From positions 13,454,001 through 13,518,000 of the forward strand of contig CM022665.1 of assembly GCA_012295275.1 (NCBI GenBank): DNA of 64,000 nt. The letters run 5' to 3'. A program made the translations under genes and the position numbers. The number at the start of each line of letters is the position of its first letter. Within the stretch, counting starts at the first letter, position 1. The notes under the pieces are model-generated. The model was not told the origin of the DNA, made no database searches, and saw only the letters and a program-made list of their open reading frames with translations. The stretch comes from Chrysomallon squamiferum. Its lineage: Eukaryota; Animalia; Mollusca. Positions 57,128 through 64,000 of the stretch are shown in pieces.

Positions 57128-58032
57128 TTTTTTTTTTTAAGAACAAAAGAAAATGAGCCAACAAAACTACATCTAGAAAAGTAGCACAAATTTTCAGCAG
57201 AAAATAAACATACATGCAAATTGAAACATCTACATCATGCTGTCACATAAATCATATAAAAACTGACATAAAATAGAACTTCTGAAGCCTAAAATAAGTT
57301 TTTCTCTTCCTTTTGAATCTAGGTACTGCCACATTTCAGAGATCTGGAGCCTACTCAAGAATGTGTTGCCTTCCTGGCAGTTGCCTGTCCAAGAACCTGA
57401 AAAAACTGAAGCAGTTGATGTTGCAAAGAAGGAGTTAAATAATTCCCAGGTATGCAATCAACTTTATCAGGATTTCCTCATGCTGAGGTTCTGTGTATGG
57501 CAGTCTATGGTTCTCAGTTGCTAACTACTACTCAGCTAGCACATTCAGCATATTTAAAAATTTTCCATAGAGAAACAGGACCATGAAATTAGCATGTCTT
57601 CATGACTACATGTCTAAAGTAATGAAACTAAATATGTTTTTTTATTTTTCCTTCTTGACAGGATTCTCAAAAAGAAGAGAAATCAGAAAAGGAAATAACA
57701 AAAGAAAGCAAACCAGAAGGTAAAGAAAAGTCTAAAGAAGGTGGCAAGGAGAAACCTGCTAAAGATTCCAAGGAAAAAGGTAAAATAAACAAATAAACAA
57801 TAATAATAATATATATATATATATATATGTGTTTGTATGTATCTATGTATGTGTGTATTATATAATCAGTAAATAGCATTAGTTTTTAAATATGCGATGT
57901 TATACAGACATTTTTAAAATAGCACTTTGCAGGGTTTACTAAGATATATGAAACAACTTGTATTTTGAAGTTTATTTTTAGGCTAAAGATGCCAAGGAAA
58001 AAGGTAAAATAAAAAAATAAATAATAATACTA

Positions 58033-58063
<31 letters not shown>

Positions 58064-61000
58064 CTATGTGTGTGTGTGTGTATTATTTATTCACACTTTA
58101 TTGAATTATTTACTCAAGTTTTTTAAAATTATATTTACTTAATCATTATTGTATACATCCAAAATATTATAGAAAGCATGTTAATCTTTATGAAGCAAGT
58201 AGTCACAAGAAATTTCATTACTGTTAGAAAACTAATCTTTATCTGATAACTGATAATTTAAACAGGATGAGTGACAGTGAAAAATATTATTGTTGTTTTT
58301 ATTTATTTATTTAATTGTTTTTTTTAATTACAAGATGGAAAACAGTGTCATCAAATTATGGTACAAAAGAGAAGATGATAATACACTTTTATTTAGTATA
58401 AAATACATAAAAAAGACTAATAAGTGTGTAAGCATTTTATTTAAAAAACCCAACATTAACTGATATTTCATGGGAATTATATGATATAAACAAACTATAG
58501 TAGTCAAAACAGTAAACATTATGGTTTAAAAATAATATCTGTATATTAAATGAATTATTAAAATCTCTTTTGTAATTTTAATTCAGAGAAAGGAAAGGAT
58601 GGTAAGGAGGAAAAGAAAGAAAAGAAGGATAAAGAAAAAGGTGAAAAAGACAAAGACAAAGATAAGCACAGTAAGTAAATATACTTTAAAAAAAAATCAT
58701 ATTCATTATGCATGTTATAATTTACTATTTTTATACATTAATGTATATTATTATGTTAATATTGTGTTTTGGAATAATATTCTGTTAAAAACCCCATCTA
58801 TTTTCTTTATTATTGTTATTACTACAACTGCTACTATGACTATTTCTGTAACTTTTACTACTGTTACTACTACTACCACCACCACTATTACTGCCATCGC
58901 TACTACTATTATTACTGCTACAACAATCATTACCACTATTACCACTACTAATATGAACAAACACACTGTTACTGCTACTACTCCTGTACTGTTATTATAA
59001 TTGCTACTACTACTATTATTTTTGCACAGAAGATAAGTCAGTTGCTGAAGAAATGGTCATCCCAGAAAATCCTGAAGTTGTTGTCTTTGCCACTTACCAT
59101 TCTACTCCAAAATATCCTGTCTCAGTGTCTGTGCTTGGAGAACATGTAAGATATTTTTAATGACACAACAATTTTATAACCATACAAAAATTAGACACAT
59201 CTGAACAGTATTATCAATGTATCATCCCTCCCACATAGGGTGTATAAAGTAATTTTAGAAAATTGTTGTTGTTTTCTTTTTATGAAAATTTAAACTGAAT
59301 TAAAAGTATTAATTTTAATGGATTATTTAAATTTAAATTTTATTGTTTTTAATTGATTGTTTGCTATACAAGTTGAACATTATATCTAATAAGCATATTT
59401 GTGTTTGTTTACTAATCAGAACTATTTAGACTTTAAAAAAAAAAAATACAGGTGATTAAGAAAATAACAGGAATTTATGTTATTTCCCTCTGTCATTTGC
59501 ATTAATGATGGATGATTTTGTTTTATGCAGGCTAATACCAGTGAGCATCTTCGACAGATAGGTCTCTCCCACCTATTCCCACATCCAGTGTGGATCACCC
59601 AAACCAGAGACATCCCTCTTGAGCCCCCTCCTCCCCCTGAAGTCATTCCAGCATGGAAACTTATCCGTCCTAGAATAAAAAAACAACCACCATCTGATGA
59701 ACCCAGAGGTTTGATACATTTTTCTATTAAATCTCCATTATTAGTTTGTTTTATGTATTATTAATTTCATTATTTTCCGTAGTATTATCATTACTGGTAT
59801 TATTGTTACTCTCACTATATTATTATTATTACTTGTATTACTGTTGTTATCATTATATTATCATCACTGTCATCATCATTATTACATTTATTTTATTATT
59901 ACTAGTATTATATTGTTGTTATTGTTTATTATTATTATTATTATTATTATTTATTATTATTATTATTATTTCTATTATAGTGTACAGAATTGTATAATAA
60001 TTTTCATTTCATTTTCTTCAGTTCCCCCAGAACCACCAAAGCCTATTCAGTGTCTTGAGATAACATCTCCATTTGTCAACTACAAAGTGAGCCCCATACC
60101 AATACCAAGTGAAACGTATGTACATATAAATCTATTTCTGTTTTCTTGCTTTTAAACTCCTCAATAGTTTTACTTAAACTAGTCATCTGTAGTAAGATCA
60201 CATAATAAAATGAACTGTTATGTTTTGCAGTTTCAGTTTTTTATATTTTTTTATTATTAAATACTGAATTTTCTAGCAACAGAAACATATATTTATGTTT
60301 AATTTTATTTCATTTTTATTGAAAATTATTTGTACTTCTTTCTTTGTTTTTAGTTTAATTTTATTGTTTTTATTCAGAATGTTCAAAACTTTGTTATTTA
60401 AAATTTTATTTATTTCTGATGTATTATGAATATAATATGATGATTTTATTTACTATTACTATATAAATTACTTATTTACTTCCATACTAACAGACTTACT
60501 TATTTATTCACTTACTTTATTTATAAATTATTTATTTATTTACAGACATAGATCAAGTTTTAGTTTAGAGCGTGGATCAACAAGATCAAGACCAACCACT
60601 GCCACATCTGTGTCAGCCATTGTAGAGAAAGATGAATCTGGTCCTGAAGATGATGAGATGTTATTCCCACCCATCCCCGACGATTTAGGAAAACATGAGG
60701 TAAAACAATATTGTATGAACCCATAACTACAGTGTGGGGACAATATGAAACAAATAATATAAAAATTAATGTTATGAATGTTACATAGATATGATTGTGT
60801 GTAACATCATTGATTAAGCATGTAAAGCATATGTACAATAAGACGTTAGAATCTGTAGAAACCCAGCTAAGTAAATGGTTAAATCCATTCATTACATCTG
60901 AGAAAGAAAAGAGTTTTTGAATAATCTTATCAATTGCCAGTGATGGATCTTTTAAATGGATCATTTGGACAAAATTTCACTATATAACCCTGGCTTATGA

Positions 61001-63054
61001 TGAACATAATTTGAATTTTATTGCTTTATTATATTAAGTTTATGCATCTCTTTCTTGAATAATGTTTTTGTATAGGTTTTGTAAGTATGGACTTTTGTTT
61101 TGCTGTTTCACAGTTGTTATCTGAAGTTGCTATAGAGAATACTCCAGCCTCATCTAAGACTCATCCAAGTTCTGCAGGAAAGAAGAAACAACTAGGGAAA
61201 AAAGATGCCAAAGAATTACCTGATGTGAGACACACATTTTAATCTCAATTATGTAGAGAGAGGTTTTTTATTTTGTTGTATGCATGTGTGTTCCTGTACC
61301 TTCTTACCAAAAATACATTTAAATAACTATTGTGAAAATAAAAAGAATAAATAAGTTTTTGTAGATGGTTAGGATTTTCAGAGTTCTCCGTGAAGATTTA
61401 ATAAAATATGTTGGTACAATATTAATCATTATGAGTGCCATACAAAACTTCTGTAAAATAAATATATAAATATCTTTATACATCTGACTGTAATATCATT
61501 AACATAATGGAATTATTGTTTTTATCTAAAAAATTATTTCATAAAAAGAATAAAAATATTTTTGTTTTCATTATTTTAATAAAACAACTTTGAGATTTGA
61601 TTTGATTTTTTAAAACAATCACTGAAATTATTTTACATTATTCAAAAATTATTTTAAAAATATGCATATACAAGTCCTGAAACTTATGTTGCTGTAATAC
61701 ACTTAAAAATTACATTATAATAGGTACTGTATTAAAATTTCTTTTATATTAAAATATAGATTATAAAATTAGAAATATTTATCTTTCTACCTGTTTAAAA
61801 AATTATTCTATCATTGTGTATGTGTGTGTGTTTGTGTGTATATATATATATTTTATTTTTATTACCAGTCACCAAAAGCTGAAAGACGATCATCCAAATC
61901 TCCAGGAAAGGATAAGAATAAAAATCACAAATCTGACTCAGTGGGATCAAAAGAAGAAGATAAGAAAGAAAAAGAAAAACCAAAAGAAAAATGTATTTAT
62001 AATTTTTATAATGTTTTATAATATTTAAAATGTATTGTAATGCTAAATAATTATGATTGTGTGGTCCATTAAAATAAAGTATAATATGGTGTTTAATTGC
62101 TAGAGACTTCCTTTTTTAAATTTATTTATATTTTTTTATTCTTTTTTTTCTTTTTTTGTGATGTTTCTTACAGAGTAATGTTGGCAAACAAACCAACAAC
62201 ATCTCACCATCATGGGAATTTTGCCAGTTATTTACTCATTCTTTTTTGTTTACCTTCATCTTGCAGTAAATTGCAAGAAAAATATAGAATAGGCTAAATG
62301 AATTACTACAGAATTATTGTGTTATTGTTATCTTTTATTATAGCCTGGCACATCTACAATCATATAAGACACTTAGAAATGATTACAATTTTTTTTTTAG
62401 CACAACTACATTAAAATGGAAATATAATTATCATTTTACTCTTCAAACTGTATTTATTAATGGGCTTTCAAAAATAAATTGCCTTGTACACAATTTTAAC
62501 AATTAAAATACTTAAATTTATGTAAAAATTTATGATTAACTATTATTTTTGTTTCTTTTTTAATGACATTTATCATATTGTTTTTCTTTTGTAAATATTC
62601 AGCGGATAAAAAAGAAAGTTTTGTGAAATCTGCACATACAGACCATGCAACATCAGATACTCATGAAAGTATTATTCTACATGACAACGCTGAAGAAGCT
62701 GATGAACACAAACCTGAGGCAGAGGTGGCCTGTGTTGAGGATACTGAAAGTCAAAAACCTAAAAAGATTTGGGTGGATTTTGACCATTTCACAATATGTT
62801 TTAAGTAAGTGAAACCTTTATTCTGATTTGTATTATAATGTTCTCATATATTATTGCTGGAAATAATAATAAAATATATTAGTAGTTATCACAACTACTA
62901 TGTCAACAACAATAATATTCATAGTGGTATTCATAATTATAATTAAGTAAACAAATAATAGACATATTATTAAGAATAATGTTAGAAAAACATGAATGAT
63001 AAATACACTGGTGTGCATGGTGGGAGAACTGGTGGGTAGGTGTGTCAGTGTTGT

Positions 63055-63113
<59 letters not shown>

Positions 63114-63274
63114 TTTCTGTCTGTATGGATGGGTGTATGAAAAGGTATTTTTATATGTAATACATAGTTTATGATTATTATTATTATTATTAATATTTTT
63201 TAAAAAACAGGACTATCTTCATTTTCCATAAGCCAAACACATACTTGTGTAATCAGAAATATTCAGATCTCAGA
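44295..63274 (+). CDS. ADGB: Androglobin, 5' part (calpain-like N-terminal region). Exons: 44295-44359, 49853-49955, 50429-50473, 50926(or 50920)-51018, 51397-51477, 53086-53307, 54216-54355, 54717-54806, 57323-57449, 57662-57779, 58587-58670, 59030-59145, 59531-59708, 60022-60115, 60546-60699, 61114-61224, 61869-61992, 62603-62804, 63211-63274; continues beyond the window
   Basis: Spliced translation [22 protein letters not shown]...[15 protein letters not shown]...[26 protein letters not shown]...[11 protein letters not shown]...[58 protein letters not shown]...[15 protein letters not shown]...LTGWLPE...[20 protein letters not shown] matches human ADGB as recalled ([51 protein letters not shown]). 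All 18 introns are GT-AG with consistent phases. Confidence 0.95.
47448..47503 (+). CDS. Weak candidate alternative first exon within ADGB intron 1 ([19 protein letters not shown]), phase 2
   Basis: TAG-ATG start; 18 codons + 2 nt; donor CAG|GTGATA. Confidence 0.35.
48855..49190. repeat. Degenerate ~30-bp tandem repeat in ADGB intron 1
   Basis: Recurring CAGTATAAAATATCTGAAATAAATTTATAG alternating with ...AAATACAATTTACACAAAA. Confidence 0.8.
52196..52445. repeat. ~49-bp tandem repeat, ~5 degenerate copies
   Basis: Unit approx. GAAAGTCAGATTTATTATCTTCCTTTGAATCAAGCTATAGCTCATAGGTT. Confidence 0.75.
52897..53090 (+). repeat. ~23-bp tandem repeat overlapping the ADGB exon 6 acceptor
   Basis: About 8-9 copies of TATATTTTCAGTTAATATTTT; the last copy contains the real ag|TTAATG junction. 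Confidence 0.85.
53865..54072 (-). mobile_element. Degenerate tRNA-derived SINE (minus strand)
   Basis: Reverse complement begins GGGCATGATGAAGCCTAGTGGTAAAG (tRNA-like A-box head); the body contains CCTGTCTG, shared with other remnants (e.g. ~52550). Confidence 0.5.
57861..58086 (+). repeat. Composite duplication: copy of 55398-55521 fused to a copy of 57758-~57860
   Basis: A ~124-bp near-identical copy of upstream intron sequence joins at GCT to a duplicate of the exon-10 3' end, its donor and downstream intron. Confidence 0.9.
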
Positions 63275-63410
63275 GTAAGTAGCATTTTTGTATTTGTTGT
63301 TAGTTACTATTTTAATTCTGTTTCCTTGGATTTGTTCTGACATACTATCTTTATATTAATAGTAGAAATATATGCACTTATTTTGTTTGATTCATTTTAT
63401 TCATTCACAA

Positions 63411-63448
<38 letters not shown>

Positions 63449-63612
63449 AAAATGAGGAGGGAAGGGAGAAAATGTTTTGATTCAGAGTAGAATCAATTAC
63501 TTTTTATATCTATATATATATATACAAATGTAAAAGGTTCATGTAGTGGGTTTATTATTATTATTTTTTTATTTTTTTTATTTCATTAATAACCTAAACT
63601 ATTCTTAGCCAG

Positions 63613-63901
63613 TTTATGGATAAAAATACTCTTGGTTCCCACAGGTTTTCAGGGCTCCTCCTTGTTAATGAAAAATCTCATGCTGTATGTCAAAAGTACC
63701 TGTTTAAATGGCACTAAATATTTGTTGATTGTACTGGAACTCGTAGACTTAGGTTTACCTTTTGGATTATTCAGTCAAGTTTATGGAGGGAGTAAGAACT
63801 TATTTAGACAGTTATTTTGTTTATTAGTAAAGTTAGAATAGAAATTAATTTTTTTGTTTGTTTCTGTTTCTATAAAACAGGAAAATGCATCAAGCCCTCA
63901 G
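63613..63901 (+). CDS. Possible further small ADGB exons 63613-63684 (FMDKNTLGSHRFSGLLLVNEKSHA) and 63881-63901 (ENASSPQ)
   Basis: AG/GT-bounded, phase 0 and open, but in a region with no recognisable homology. Confidence 0.4.
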
Positions 63902-64000
63902 GTTTGTTTATCTGTATATTCTGTAGATGCATAAAACATCACAAAGTTGCTATATAATATGAGTTTTCACCAATTTTTTTTTTTTTTTTTCTTTTTTTTT

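Noticed and set aside
11059-59997. Numerous ORF-track entries rich in HT/CV/SL/I/Y repeats (e.g. 11059, 12057, 21382, 24718, 25343, 43627, 55575, 58751, 59746)
   Set aside because: They are translations of (CA)n, (CT)n, (TAT)n and (TATG)n microsatellites and AT-rich intron sequence, with no splice logic or homology.
61076-61080. Apparent 5-nt microexon (tatag|GTTTT|gtaagt)
   Set aside because: It would frameshift ADGB and leave only a 33-nt intron.

Overview
AT-rich, microsatellite-rich, intron-containing animal genomic DNA. It looks invertebrate; the SINE remnants resemble gastropod/mollusc SINEs as I recall them (low confidence). There are two recognisable + strand genes. (1) The last four coding exons of MYCBP/AMY-1 (769-2522), including a U12-type intron. 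(2) The 5' part of androglobin (ADGB): canonical exon 1 at 44295 and at least 18 more exons encoding the N-terminal calpain-like region; the gene runs off the window end. The ~40 kb between them is not empty. It holds an array of mutually unrelated, ATG-initiated, Arg/Ser-rich short coding segments on the + strand (8 good candidates plus about 5 weak ones). Each ends at a GT donor in phase 2, the phase required by ADGB exon 2. I infer a protocadherin/UGT1-like 'variable first exon + constant body' androglobin locus, with interchangeable PKA-site-rich N-termini and RFX/CRE-type motifs nearby. This is inferred from sequence only and needs transcript evidence. Also present: a MULE-like element with a 9-bp TSD, SINE and hAT remnants, minisatellites, and a templated duplication that creates a cryptic ADGB microexon. 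Most ORF-track entries are microsatellite artefacts.
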